Positions 52,415 to 64,000 of a stretch of DNA of 64,000 bases are shown one piece after another (the first letter of the stretch is position 1; every line of letters begins with the position of its first letter). A program made the translations under genes and the position numbers. Origin of the DNA: Octopus sinensis. Lineage: Eukaryota. The notes beneath the pieces are model-generated. The model saw only the letters and a list, made by a program, of their open reading frames with translations, was not told where the DNA came from and did no database searches. The DNA is taken from contig NC_042997.1 in the NCBI RefSeq assembly GCF_006345805.1, forward strand, positions 2,356,001 through 2,420,000, read 5' to 3'.

Positions 52415-53570
52415 GATAGTAAACAGTAAAAATAATTACAGACATGGACAAGAACATGAAACACCACAGAGACGACACAAGAACCACAGGACGGGACATT
52501 CGAAGCCCTCAGTCATCAGTCAAGAACCAGATCATCTTAGCAATTTCGGCTGATTAATCTTGAGATTGCTCCGATTTGGGCAGCCCGCCAAGGGAAATCT
52601 AAGCCAAGCGCATTAGATCCCCTGGAAGAAAGCTTCGAATGTATACAACACGAGGACGGAAAACGAACGAAGTACACGAACAAAAATACAGAATACGTGA
52701 CACCAATAAGAATACAAAAACGTAAAAACAATAACGGTAAAAATAAAAAACAAAACAAAACCAGGACGTAGGACAAGGGTCTTTCGACAGGACGAGTTGA
52801 GTTTAGGGCGGCTTATGAAGTTGTGCCTAATGGCCGCAGGGAGACGAACAAATACGTGTTGCTTCGGCGACTGCTGGAACGAAAAGAGCGCTCAACAGTG
52901 GCTAGCGGTCACGTGAGAACAAAAGACAGGAGAAAGGACAGATGAAAAGAGAGAGAAGGTGGACGAGGGAGGAGAAGAAGAGACAGATCGAGGGGACTGG
53001 AGGTGAGAGAGATAGAGAAACGTAGGAGGGGGGGAAAGACGGATGGAGAGGGAAAGAAAGGAAGGGGAATAAGGGAGGAGAGAGAGAGAGAGAAAGAGAC
53101 AGATCAAGAGTCGTATCAATGCTAGAGAAAAAATATACTTATCGTATAAGGACAATTGTGGATACGTAGCCGCCGATTATATAGGTAAACAGTAAAAATA
53201 ATTACAGACATGGACAAGAACATGAAACACCACAGAGACGACACAAGAACCACAGGACGGGACATTCGAAGCCCTCAGTCATCAGTCAAGAACCAGATCA
53301 TCTTAGCAATTTCGGCTGATTAATCTTGATATTGCTCCGATTTGGGCAGCCCGCCAAGGGAAATCTAAGCCAAGCGCATTAGATCCCCTGGAAGAAAGCT
53401 TATATATATATATATATATATATACATATATACGACGGGCTTCTTTGAGTCTTTGGTAGACCCGAGGCTATAGTAGAAGACACTTCCCCAAGGTGCCACG
53501 CAGTGGGACTGAACCCGGGACCATATGGTTCGTAAGCAAGCTGATTACAACAGAGCCACTCCTATGCCTG
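52170..53570 (-). mobile_element. tRNA-derived SINE (family B) split by an insertion in its internal (TA)n (3' part 52170-52350, 5' head 53415-53570)
   Basis: Head GGGTTCAGTCCCACTGCGTGGCACC (B box); tail CTTTAGTCGAGCAAATCGG..GACTTATTCTTTGTAAGCCTAGTAC. Confidence 0.88.
52419..53401. mobile_element. 983-bp non-coding element with 217-bp near-identical direct terminal repeats (52419-52635, 53185-53401)
   Basis: Only one difference noticed between the repeats (CTTGAGATTG vs CTTGATATTG). No ORF, no TG..CA ends; inserted in (TA)n. Confidence 0.85.
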
Positions 53571-53811
53571 ACTACTAACCACACAGCTACTCAACCATGG
53601 TGTTTTTGTGATCTGTTTTTCCGATTTGCATATATTCGTGAATATGCAATTGTATTTTATAATGCTGAGCGCACATATTAATACACACATGTATGCGTAA
53701 TTCTCTGGCATAAAAGACGGTTCCGAAAGGTTTTTATGCTCCGAATATCACGCGATTCAATGAATCTATATTCTCCTTTCTTTTGGATTTATAATCTTAT
53801 ATATTTCTCAG

Positions 53812-53880
53812 AGAACAACTTTATCGCTAAGATTTTCTAGATTTTCTGTGATTATATGGACAGGACTTATAGACGAGTCC
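53812..53880 (+). CDS. Candidate 69-nt exon, phase 0-0 (RTTLSLRFSRFSVIIWTGLIDES)
   Basis: ATATTTCTCAG acceptor after a pyrimidine-rich run; TCC|GTAAGA donor; one open frame. Confidence 0.2.
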
Positions 53881-54022
53881 GTAAGATAGGCTTATAAAGA
53901 AAGCCGCACTATTCACTGAATATCTATGAATTATACTAAATATTTGTGTGTATGTCTATGTATGTATGAATGAACCTATGTGTATATATATATATATATA
54001 TATATCATATATATATTATTAT

Positions 54023-54056
<34 letters not shown>

Positions 54057-55033
54057 ATATAAATATATATGTATGTATGTATGTATGTGTTGTGTGGTAT
54101 GTATTATAAGCATGTATATATGTATATAAATTCTTGATGTTGGAAGGAAAATGTCATAGCCCTGTACTTTAAACGCAATTGAATTCTTCTTAATCTTCGA
54201 GTTTATTCACGGAAATTACGGTTCCTTCCAAGGAGACAGGTCTGTGAAAATACTAACAATAGTACATTACAGTAGATATGGTCACATAGAGACGATTTTG
54301 TATCTTACCATAAATTTCCCGTTCAATGGGTACATGTATGAGTTCGGTTTTCTTAGTTTAGTTTAGACACAAAAGTAAGAAAGATACTGGGAATGAAGTT
54401 CATCATTTTTAGAATATCTTGTTCCAAGTAAGTTATAAGGTCTCGCTAATCACTAACAAGATTCATAAACGTGTTTGATTTAGCTTTGATGACATCCTCG
54501 GAGATTGAATTTTTGAGAGCCTGTGAAAATTGGCAGAGAACGAAATTTAGGAAGCGTGTTCAAAACGAGTTTTTTACAAACTTGCATTTAAAAAATTCGT
54601 TAATGAAAATGTCTTTCTTCTGCAAGAAGGTAGAGTAAGAGATCTATTTTAACATTCGATACGGCATCCACGACTATTAAAATAAGATATATTAGCTGCA
54701 CTTGATGTGATTAAAGAAGCAGACACGTCATATGGGAAAAAGGGCGAAAGTTGAAGGGAAGCAGAGATTATGAGTCTACAATTGAGAATAAGAGAAATGA
54801 GGTAAAGAAATCACATGCTTATAATATTAAAAATAGCACAACTAATTAATCGTTTTGGAGATAGGTGTCACATTAAACAAACGTGTCTGGTAAAACAAAA
54901 GGATGGCTGTAGAAATCCACCATCACCTTATTATACATTTCCTATTATATTCGATTCTCTTTCTCTGTCATAACTTTTAAGCATGTTACATGATTCATAT
55001 ACAACTTTGAAATATATCGAATTCCATCAAATA

Positions 55034-55434
55034 TCTTTATATATAAAAGTAAGGTTGTGTGTCTGTCTCCTACGATTTAGTTTCCTAACTACTCCCACAT
55101 TTTGCGGTGCAGTTTAACCAAAACCGGGTATCTTATAGTCGTGATTCATATCGAGACCTTCTGGGTATTAGCGCGCGTCTACGATGAGTCTACGATTTAA
55201 AAAAAAAATTACCATAATTTTTTTCCATTTTAATGCATTTTTTTCGCTATTACATAAGGGAAGTAACTCTCTAAAAATGTTTACGATGAGTCAACAATTT
55301 AAAAAAAAAATTAACATATTTTATTTTTTCCATTTTTAATGCATTTTTTTGCTAATTTTTGGCTATAACTCTCTAAAAATGATTCTATAGTTATTTCCCT
55401 TACAAACCCGAGCAACGCCGGGCGATACTGCTAG
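55034..55434 (+). mobile_element. Non-autonomous Helitron, complete (401 bp)
   Basis: 5' TC (TCTTTATATATAAAAG) after A; subterminal hairpin CCCGAGCAACGCCGGG; 3' CTAG before T; no TSD; internal diverged duplication of about 100 bp. Confidence 0.88.
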
Positions 55435-56242
55435 TCTACGATAAAAATGAGGATGTCACAGGAATATCTTACGAACGTCATTAAATTACATCTGTTTTCG
55501 CCTCTAAGATGCAGGGGACTCATATCTGAGTGAGAGCTTGAGTAAAACATTATAGCTTCACTGGAACCTGAAACATGAAGTGTAAGTTATTTCGGCGAAC
55601 ATTTACATTTATGCCATACACAGGCGATGGATTATATGTATGTGGGGGATGCAATCCAAGGTTCTTCGCATAATTAGTATTCTTTCCTACAAATGAAACT
55701 GCATGTGTGAGGCTCGGATGAAGCTATAAGGCGTTATAAGGTACGTAACTATGAGACCGTTATATTTTATTGCAGAAATAGCTGTAAGGTAATACAGTTC
55801 ATAAGATAATCGTTTATTCCTTTGACGCTGCGTATTAATATAACTGCCCTGTACTCGATTAACGCCTTGTTCATATGCATATCTATATTTAGCTCTACAC
55901 TAGGTAATGAGATCTCAAAAGCCTAAGCGAAATGTACACACACACACACACACACACAGGAATGTATACATAGAGAGAGAAAGAGAGAGAGAGATAAAGA
56001 GAGCGAGATAAAGAGAGAGAGGGTGAGATAGAGTGAGTCGTAATGAGAGCCGGAGATGCTTAATATAGAAAACACATAAATATATATTTTTACATATCTA
56101 ACCCAAGTGGATTTATTTATTTATTTGCAGCTTTATCTCTCTTACTTCATCTCATTATATGTATGTACGTATACACTCACCACACACACACGCACACACA
56201 CACACACACACACACGCACACATGCACACACACACATATAAG

Positions 56243-57433
56243 AGAGGGTCTACAAATGTAGCCGGAAACATTCTCTGTGGGATAAGCTGGTGTAGTTCAG
56301 GCTTCTGTCGCTAAAAGCTAATTGATGTGACAATCAGACAGCAGTCGGCCGACTGGTGTCGACGGATACGGTCGTACTGTCATGAAGTAGTCTTTGTTTG
56401 TCGATTTTTGCGATGACTGAAACGAAGGAACAATGTGCTGTTACCTTGAAAGTTTGATTTTTATTGGGGAGATATTTGTCACACTTCAAACAACTCGCAA
56501 GGTCGCTGCCATGTACAAAACAGAACATTACAAATGGTATCCACGCTTCAGGAATGGTCACTTGTTGCTTGAAAACCTATCTCGTTCAGTGCGACCGTTG
56601 ACGAAAATTTTCAGTGTCACCGTGCCCCAGAAAAGAGTGCCGAAATGGAGTCCAGTTTCAAGACAAAGCTGATTTGTTTCATCGTTGCGAACGTAATAGT
56701 CCACACAAAATTTTTCCCGCCTGGTCAAAATATTTACCAGACATTTTACGTGTTACGTGGTAGTCATGAAGCGTTTGCAAAACGTGATGAGACGAAAACG
56801 CCACAACTTGCGGCAAAGTGGAGAATGCAGTTCATCATGACAATGTGCCTGCGCGCATCGCCTTGAGTGTGAGACAGTTGTTGATCAAAACTGATATGCC
56901 GCCTCCCCATAAGGCGGCGAGCTGGCAGAATCGTTAGCACGCCGGGCGAAATGCGTAGCCGTATTTCGTCTGCCGTTACGTTCTGAGTTCAAATTCCGCC
57001 CAGGTGCACTTTGCCTTTCATCCTTTCGGGGTCGATAAATTAAGTACCTGTTACGCACTGGGGTCGATGTAATCGACTTCATCCGTTTGTCTGTCCTTGT
57101 TTGTCCCCTCTATGTTTAGCCCCTTGTGGGTAATAAAGAAACGGATACCCCCCCTCCATTTACCCACACTCTTTATTCACCTGATGTTGCTCTCTACGAC
57201 TTTATTTTGATCCACGGAATGAAAAATATCCCTGAAAGAAAACGTCTTGATGATGTAGAAAATTTGAACCAAGAAAAACAAAACAATGGTAGGGTTAAAA
57301 GGCATCATTTCGCACGAGTTCCAGCACTCCTTCAAATTGGAGAATACTTTGAAAGCGTTAAATGTGTAAACATGTAATGTTAAGTAAATAATATAATATT
57401 CCAATATTTCAGTTTCTTTTGGGTTCCCCCTTG
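56243..57433 (+). mobile_element. Decayed mariner (DD34D-type) transposon interrupted by a SINE
   Basis: YKWYPRFRNGHLLLENLSRSVRP, KTKLICF..IVHTKFFPPGQNIYQTFY, VHHDNVPARIAL, HTLYSPDVALYDF. Degenerate TIRs; right end followed by TA. Confidence 0.9.
56913..57141 (+). mobile_element. tRNA-derived SINE (family A), full length, nested in mariner
   Basis: A box TGGCAGAATCG, B box GAGTTCAAATTCC, central TTTGCCTTTCATCCTTTCGGGGTCGATAAATTAAGTACC domain, tail TAATAAAGAAA. Confidence 0.94.
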
Positions 57434-57507
57434 TATATACATGCATACATACATACACTCATATACACAAGCACACACACCACACACACATACACATACA
57501 CACACAT

Positions 57508-57543
<36 letters not shown>

Positions 57544-57586
57544 TCGAAGGGAAAAAGAATGCGTTGTATTTGTAGAAGAAGGCGAC

Positions 57587-57631
57587 GAACTTCGAAATTG
57601 GAAACTTCGAAAGCGGAAACTTCGAAATTGG
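57587..57631 (+). repeat. Three copies of a 15-bp unit GAAACTTCGAAATTG
   Basis: Direct reading. Confidence 0.85.
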
Positions 57632-58727
57632 TTTTATCTTTGCTCTTAAAATAGTTGAAAAACGGCATCCTACTTGCAGTACCCATCAACATGAAAACCA
57701 ACATACACTTAACGAAATAAAGGCATTGTAAAAAGAATAATAAATCTCGTAAATTGTTATGTATTCCAAGACGTTTACTGATTTGTTAGATATTCTTTTG
57801 TACTTTAATCGTATTCCAATTCCACCGTCTCCTAATTTTTGTATTCATTGCTCATCTTACTGCATTTACTTTGGACATGTACATGTAAATCCAGTTTAAT
57901 TTACGGGAAAATACACAAACGCAAGGAGTTTAACTAGCGTTATGTATGTAGCATGATCATTTTTATAAAACGACTGAATGCTTCAGTATTTTAGACGGAA
58001 AATAATTCAGTACAATTTAAATAGAAATATTCAGCCTTTTAATAAGATGCAATGAAAAATGTATTTAAAGAGTCATTTAACCGCAATTAAATCGTTAAGT
58101 TTAATGTTTGAATCTGAATTCAGGATTCAAAGTTTATGCATGTGTAGGAAATTACTTTTCTTATCAATGCAGAAAACTGTTCTTCAGCTATATTCGGAAT
58201 TAATTTTGTGCAAATATTTCACGCTCCTTTGGGATAACATGTAAAATAATCTTACACTGATTATTATTATGTATCTCCTAAGGTATCTTCCTAAATACTT
58301 TCAAATTTATCAGATTAGAATTAAACGTTTGGAAATGATTTGATGCTAAAAAATAACGTTTGAACGTAGCTAAATATATTCACGACTTCAAGCAATAATT
58401 AACATGAATCGATTAGCTAAACCACATTCACTTTTCGCATATATTTACCGTTCTGATAATGGACTAACTTTGAAGTTTTCCGTTCAACGCACTGCATAAT
58501 TAATGGACTGTCTCTTCTGTTTTGCCAATCTTCATAAGAAATGAACTGATTACCTTAAATAAAATAAAAATTCAAGAACCTGCTACTACTACTACGCCTA
58601 CAAAACGTTCTCCTGGATATCGTGACATATCAACAATGAATGGTTTCCTCAACATCTTTTTAATTCAGCTCGGTATCGGCGACTGTTCGAGACTTAAAAT
58701 TTTTCTAAAGAAAACAAGTTACGTTAC

Positions 58728-58788
58728 CGAGTATGATCGTCTTCAACGGGTCGTCCCATTAACATTTCCATTGGGACATTCCCTTCTC
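58728..58788 (-). CDS. Candidate 61-nt minus-strand exon ((G)EGNVPMEMLMGRPVEDDHT(R))
   Basis: CTATATTTCTCAG acceptor, CTCG|GTAACG donor, single open frame. No partner exon found. Confidence 0.15.
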
Positions 58789-59933
58789 CTGAGAAATATA
58801 GCATGCTAAGTTTTGCTGACACAATGCCCGATATATCCAGCAAATGTGACACACACAGAGTTTGCTCTAAGACTTTCAAGTTACTGTAAGATGATTAATT
58901 TCATTTTTCACCTGACTTAACAGAAGATTATAGTCATTGATCGTCGAGATCAGTGAATATGAAAGTAATATTACTTGTATACGTGTGTTTATATGTATGC
59001 ACGTATAAAGCTTCAATACTGATGCATTCCAAGTTGGACATTATAGCAGTAAAGCCGGGTTGGTGTCCTATAAACATAGACTTTTATCCCATTGTAGCTG
59101 ACCCACAAATTCTAAGAGACAATTTGTGCACTAAAAGTTTATGAAAATCTACTAGATGATTTTCCCTCCAACCGAAGCGCATAACCTTGTCACAGAGTAT
59201 ATCATACTGAATGGTATTAAAAGTACTCGATCCTGTGGAATATTCAGCCACTTATAAGCTATTTCAACAAGCAGGTAATTCGATGGATCTAGCAAGTGAA
59301 TTTTATTATTTGACATTTAGATTATGAAAAGCGAAAACTGCATTGTTCTTTTGATCATTATGTGAATAAAACAAGCATTAAATGTAAAGAACTAGAATCT
59401 ATCATCTCCATATAATTAAGGTAATTTCCAGAATAATTAGTAGAAATTTTGCTACCATTATTTTTAATGCAAGATAAGCTTCACAATAATTATTAAAAGC
59501 AGACTTAAGCAAAGAGAAAATAGAGACTTCAATGTTACTTGCAGAATTAAGAGTAGTAGTGTGTACACTACGAATGGGTAATAGTAGCTGTATGAAATAT
59601 TCTCTAGATTTATGTTGGTGTAAGCAATATTCTTATGAATTTTGTAATGATTTAGTTATGAGTTTTCATTCACAAAGGAAATGGACGATGGCAATATGTG
59701 ATATTTATTTTCTTTGTGTTCTTAATGGATTTCCTATATCCCCGGCTGCATATCTATATCGATCTATATCTATAGACTTATATATTTACGTATAATTACT
59801 TTTATATACATACATGTATGTATACATGCATATATATATATATATAATATATATATATTATATATAATTAATAATTATAATTAATAATTATAATTAATTT
59901 TATTGTATCGCATTTATCTTTGTTTATATATAT

Positions 59934-60008
<75 letters not shown>

Positions 60009-60384
60009 TGCTTAAGTAACGAGAAGATAGAATTGGTATTCATCTTTCCTATTGTACAACGGTCATTTCGACCCATCCTGCAACTGACTCCTATCAACTC
60101 CTTGTGATGCATCAATTTTGCACTCTGGGCCTCATGAGGTGTAGCTATATATAAAGGTTTGTGCTTCGCTAAAGATCCTTAGATTTGGCTGTCATGTTTT
60201 TATACGCCCGTCTGCTTAGGGAATGAGGCATCTCTACAATATTCTATTACTATTAACGTTTTTCAACAAGAGTTGCTCCTCGTTTAAAAAGAGAAGTTCG
60301 TAGCGAAAATTGATTGATAGGTAACCGAGGATTGAATTACATTGTGTGTAAGACAGAGAAATGGTGTTAGAAGACGAAAGGGAC

Positions 60385-60465
<81 letters not shown>

Positions 60466-60733
60466 GAGGCTGTAATATCTAGGGTTGAAAAGTTGTTTAT
60501 CTAACTAGGTTAGATCAGGATGCGTGTACACACATACACACACACTTTCGCTCCTGCATGCACACACACAGGGGACGTTGGTTACAAGCCCGTCCACTCA
60601 CTCTCGACCGTAGTTGGTATAATTAACGGTTGGAAGAGAACCTGTAGTCTATCGTCACGCTCGCCTCTAGACTGAAGTGGTACGATTATATCACCGAGGA
60701 TCTTTAGTGAGATCCAGACCTTTATGTATAGGT

Positions 60734-60840
60734 GTATCTGAAGAGACCCAGAGTGTAAAATTGATGCAACACAAAGTGTTGAAAGGAGTCCCGACCATAA
60801 GGGACAGTAGCAGGATAGGTCGAAAGGGGATATTCATAAC
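60734..60840 (+). ncRNA. Degenerate hammerhead-like motif with an enlarged helix II
   Basis: GTAT-CTGAAGA-GACC..(internal hairpin GTCCC/GGGAC)..GGTC-GAAA-GGGGATA-TTC^ATAAC. Similar arms to the 7224 motif; helix III poor. Confidence 0.35.
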
Positions 60841-61963
60841 TATACTTGCATGATTATCTCCCTCGAGATTTTGTTGACGTTTTATCTTGCAAATTTTGAA
60901 GCAGTTATACACATTTGATCTATTTGATTCTAACTGCTCTTCATTGTCAAGAATTAATTCCTAATTTTGCCTTTCAGTGTGTTTCAAACGTAATTCTTCA
61001 CAACGATCCACTATAATTTCAAACAATGCTGCAAAAATTATTACAGTTTTTTTTTAATATGTCACCAGTATTTGCTTATAGATAACACTCAGTGTGATTA
61101 TTTATTTTATTTAATTGATAACATTCTAATAATGGTAATCATGAAATTTTTCAATTCTAACATATTTAAAGAATAGAATAATATTTACACATCCTAACAA
61201 GTAGAAGTAAATTTACAGCAAATTATACATATATACGTATATGTATGTATGTATATATATGTGAGTGTGTGTAAATACGCGCACCGAAATATATATATAC
61301 ACACACAAATAAATATACATGTATATATGCATATATCTGTGTCATATATTCACACACACATACTTTTAAATACATATATACTCATGTGTATGTGAGAGCA
61401 GGTATATGCGTGCGTTAACTGTGCTTGCGAGTGGGAACGTAAGTATATTCCGGCAAATAGAATTTATAGGAACTATAATTAAATCAATCACAATCCTGAA
61501 CAAGCAGTTTTGTACATCAATATACCTTAATTATTTAATCGCTCTTCGAACATAGTATGGCTTGTATAATTGTTTAAACGCCACAGCTAGACTTCTGACT
61601 CGTGTTTAATTTAACCATTGATTGCTGTGAGTTGTGACAGTAGTGGAATCATAAGGGTGTGCTGCTTCACTGATGAATAATCAATGACACATAAAGCATG
61701 CCATGAAATTATCCACGATGATTCATTATGTGAAAAAAACAAACAAAAATAAATCGATAAGATAACATAATGCATTTACATCTGTTTCAAATTTCACAGC
61801 AAAGGTCTAAAACAGTAGTTTAACAATATAATGTGTATTTAGGGTTTTCCTATACACGACATCTTCTGCACAAATGTTTGTTAAACTATGCGTGTATATA
61901 TACGTCTACACATAGACACAGACACACACAGAAACACACATGTATATACACATACGTACATAC

Positions 61964-62036
<73 letters not shown>

Positions 62037-62539
62037 ATGTGTGTGCGTGCGTGTGTGTGTGTGTGTGTGTGTGTGTACATACACACATAAAGATACTGAT
62101 TTATGAGAAGTTTTGGTATCCAGGAGCCGCAAAATGGCAGAAAGACTATGTAAGTCCTACGGAAGAACCGTAGTTAGACTCCCAGTTCAATAATAGTATG
62201 AGTGAGGAGTCTAATGCGGCTTGCGCGTGACCATCTTTATGTTACATAAAACGAGATGACAAAGCCAAAGCAGTGGGGAATTTCTAAGACATTTATAAAG
62301 AGAAAGATAATCTTGCAGCTGTTTCATGGATATGAGTGATATCTTTTCAACAGAGACGATATCAGATAGCTAGATAGAGGACAATAGTATAGTTGAATAT
62401 AAGAAGTTATTTAGGAAAGGGCGAGATAAAAGAATTATAAAAGGAAATAAGAGAATAAAAGTCCATATTCATATGCCCTGGCTTATTTCCCATTTTTAAG
62501 AGGGATTAGCCACAGCAAGACACACCAGGTATTCCATTC

Positions 62540-63900
62540 GTTTCCTAGATCAAAGTGATGAGACCTTCCTATTCTCGCGTCATGACATAGAATGCAACTC
62601 CGAATATCAGCAGCGTGACCGGTTGGCATATGTTGGTTTACACCCGCCGCATCATGCTGGTTCCGTACCCCTTAAAACAACATGAAATTCACTCATCTGT
62701 CCACAAACACTCTGCAAGCTTTCCTATCATTTATAAACTCATTTGCCTCTCTCACTCCAACACCTCTAACCACCAATCCTTTCCTCACTCCCTCCATCTA
62801 TACAAACCGAATTCTACCTCTGGCTCTGCTGCCTACTACGTCAGCCTTCATCACCCGCCTTACCATCCGCTCCTTATATATCCTCTCCATGTGGCCAAAC
62901 CACTTCAACATCCGTCTATCCAATTTGGTAGTAAGTTTTTCTCTCATACCTGTTCCCTTACGCACTTCTTCATTCTTCTTCCTGACCATCCGTGTCACAC
63001 CAACCATAGCCCTCAGGAATCTCATCTCAAACACATCTAGTCGCCTTCTTTCAGCCTCTCTCTGTTCCCAAGTCTCTGCACCATAGAACACTGTCTGCAC
63101 AATACCGCCCTGATATACATCTCTTTTCTTTTCCCTTTCATACTCAACCTTTTATCTCTCAGCATACCTTTCACAACACCAACTATCTTACTCCTCTTTC
63201 CAAACGTTGAATACCACATCCTCAGCCAACACTATCCGCTGACACATGTGATCCCAGATACTTAAAATCACTCACCTCCTCTAACATCTCACCATTTATG
63301 CTCACATCCATCCTACCAACCATTCTATCTCTCGAATGTAGCTTACTCTTAGCTACATTCACTTTCATTTTCCTTCTCTCACACAACCTTCCAAACTCTA
63401 CCAGAGTCCCCTCAGTTGTTCTTCCGAACCCCCCCCCCAGTACTCTATCATCAGCAAACAACAGCTGACTCACCTTCCATTCCTCTCCATTTTCTCCCAC
63501 CATTTCAGCTCCCCTACCAAGGATTCTAGCATTTATATCATTCACAACACCAGCCATATATTTAATTTAACAACCAGGGAAACATTACACAATCCTGTCT
63601 TAAATCCACCTTCAAATCAAACTACTCACTTACTTCACCACACACCCTAACGCATGCGCAAATTTCTCTATAAAAACTTTGAACAGCTCTAAACAATCTA
63701 CCACCTTCCCTATACAACGCAAATCCTCCCACATTGCGTCCCTATCCACCCGGTCATATGCCTTCTCTAGGTCCACAAAGCCCCAATACACCTCCCTCCC
63801 TTTTGCCAAAAACTTCTCTGCCTTACTACAAATATTTGATCTGCATACCCCCTTCCGCCCCTTCCACGCCTAAATCCAACTTGCGCCTCTTGTTCCTCTA
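62540..63900 (-). mobile_element. RTE-clade LINE, 3' half of the RT ORF plus 3' UTR, frameshifted
   Basis: EEQEAQVGFRRGRG, FVDLEKAYDRVDRDAMW, SQLLFADD, VSDFKYLGS, VFYGAETW..RRRLDVFEMRFLRAMVGVTR..LKWFGHMER. Confidence 0.93.
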
Positions 63901-64000
63901 TTTCTCTCTCTTCTCCCCCTCCTTAGTACCTTTGTTCCTCTTTTCTCTCTCTTCTCCCCTCCTTAGTACCTTTGTTCCTCTTTTCTCTCTCTTCTCCCCT
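63888..64000 (+). repeat. Young 40-bp pyrimidine-rich minisatellite running off the window end
   Basis: CCTTAGTACCTTTGTTCCTCTTTTCTCTCTCTTCTCCCCT recurs at 63921 and 63961. Confidence 0.92.

Noticed and set aside
52490-52535. Hammerhead in the 217-bp direct repeat (minus strand CTGATGA)
   Set aside because: Followed by CTGAGGGCTTC-GAATGTC; there is no GAAA and no helix III, so the core is incomplete.
57587-57631. Heat-shock element array (GAA/TTC repeats)
   Set aside because: Only two correctly phased nGAAn units per copy; the 15-bp period does not give three alternating pentamers, and no promoter context is evident.

Overview
AT-rich eukaryotic genomic DNA that looks intronic or intergenic. 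It is almost certainly coleoid cephalopod (Octopus-like); this is an inference from the tRNA-derived SINE families, the very dense (TA)n/(TG)n/(TAA)n microsatellites and the TE repertoire. No intact, recognisable host gene, rRNA, true tRNA or CRISPR array is present, and most ORF-track entries are microsatellite translations. The window is a layered TE graveyard. It holds CR1/L2-type, RTE-type and R4/Dong-type non-LTR retrotransposons (the last clustered in (TAA)n tracts), two Penelope-like elements (PLEs), at least 8 SINE copies, mariner and maT/DD37D relics, Helitron pieces, MITEs and a probable Mutator-like relic. The most interesting unannotated layer is about a dozen hammerhead-ribozyme (HHR)-like motifs from several families, several with an intact catalytic core. 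They often sit in inverted terminal repeats, and in one PLE the HHR lies behind a tRNA-like Pol III promoter. A young 983-bp non-coding element with 217-bp direct repeats is also present. A few well-formed plus-strand splice-site pairs may be exons of an unidentified large-intron gene (low confidence). All RNA folds and alignments were done by eye.
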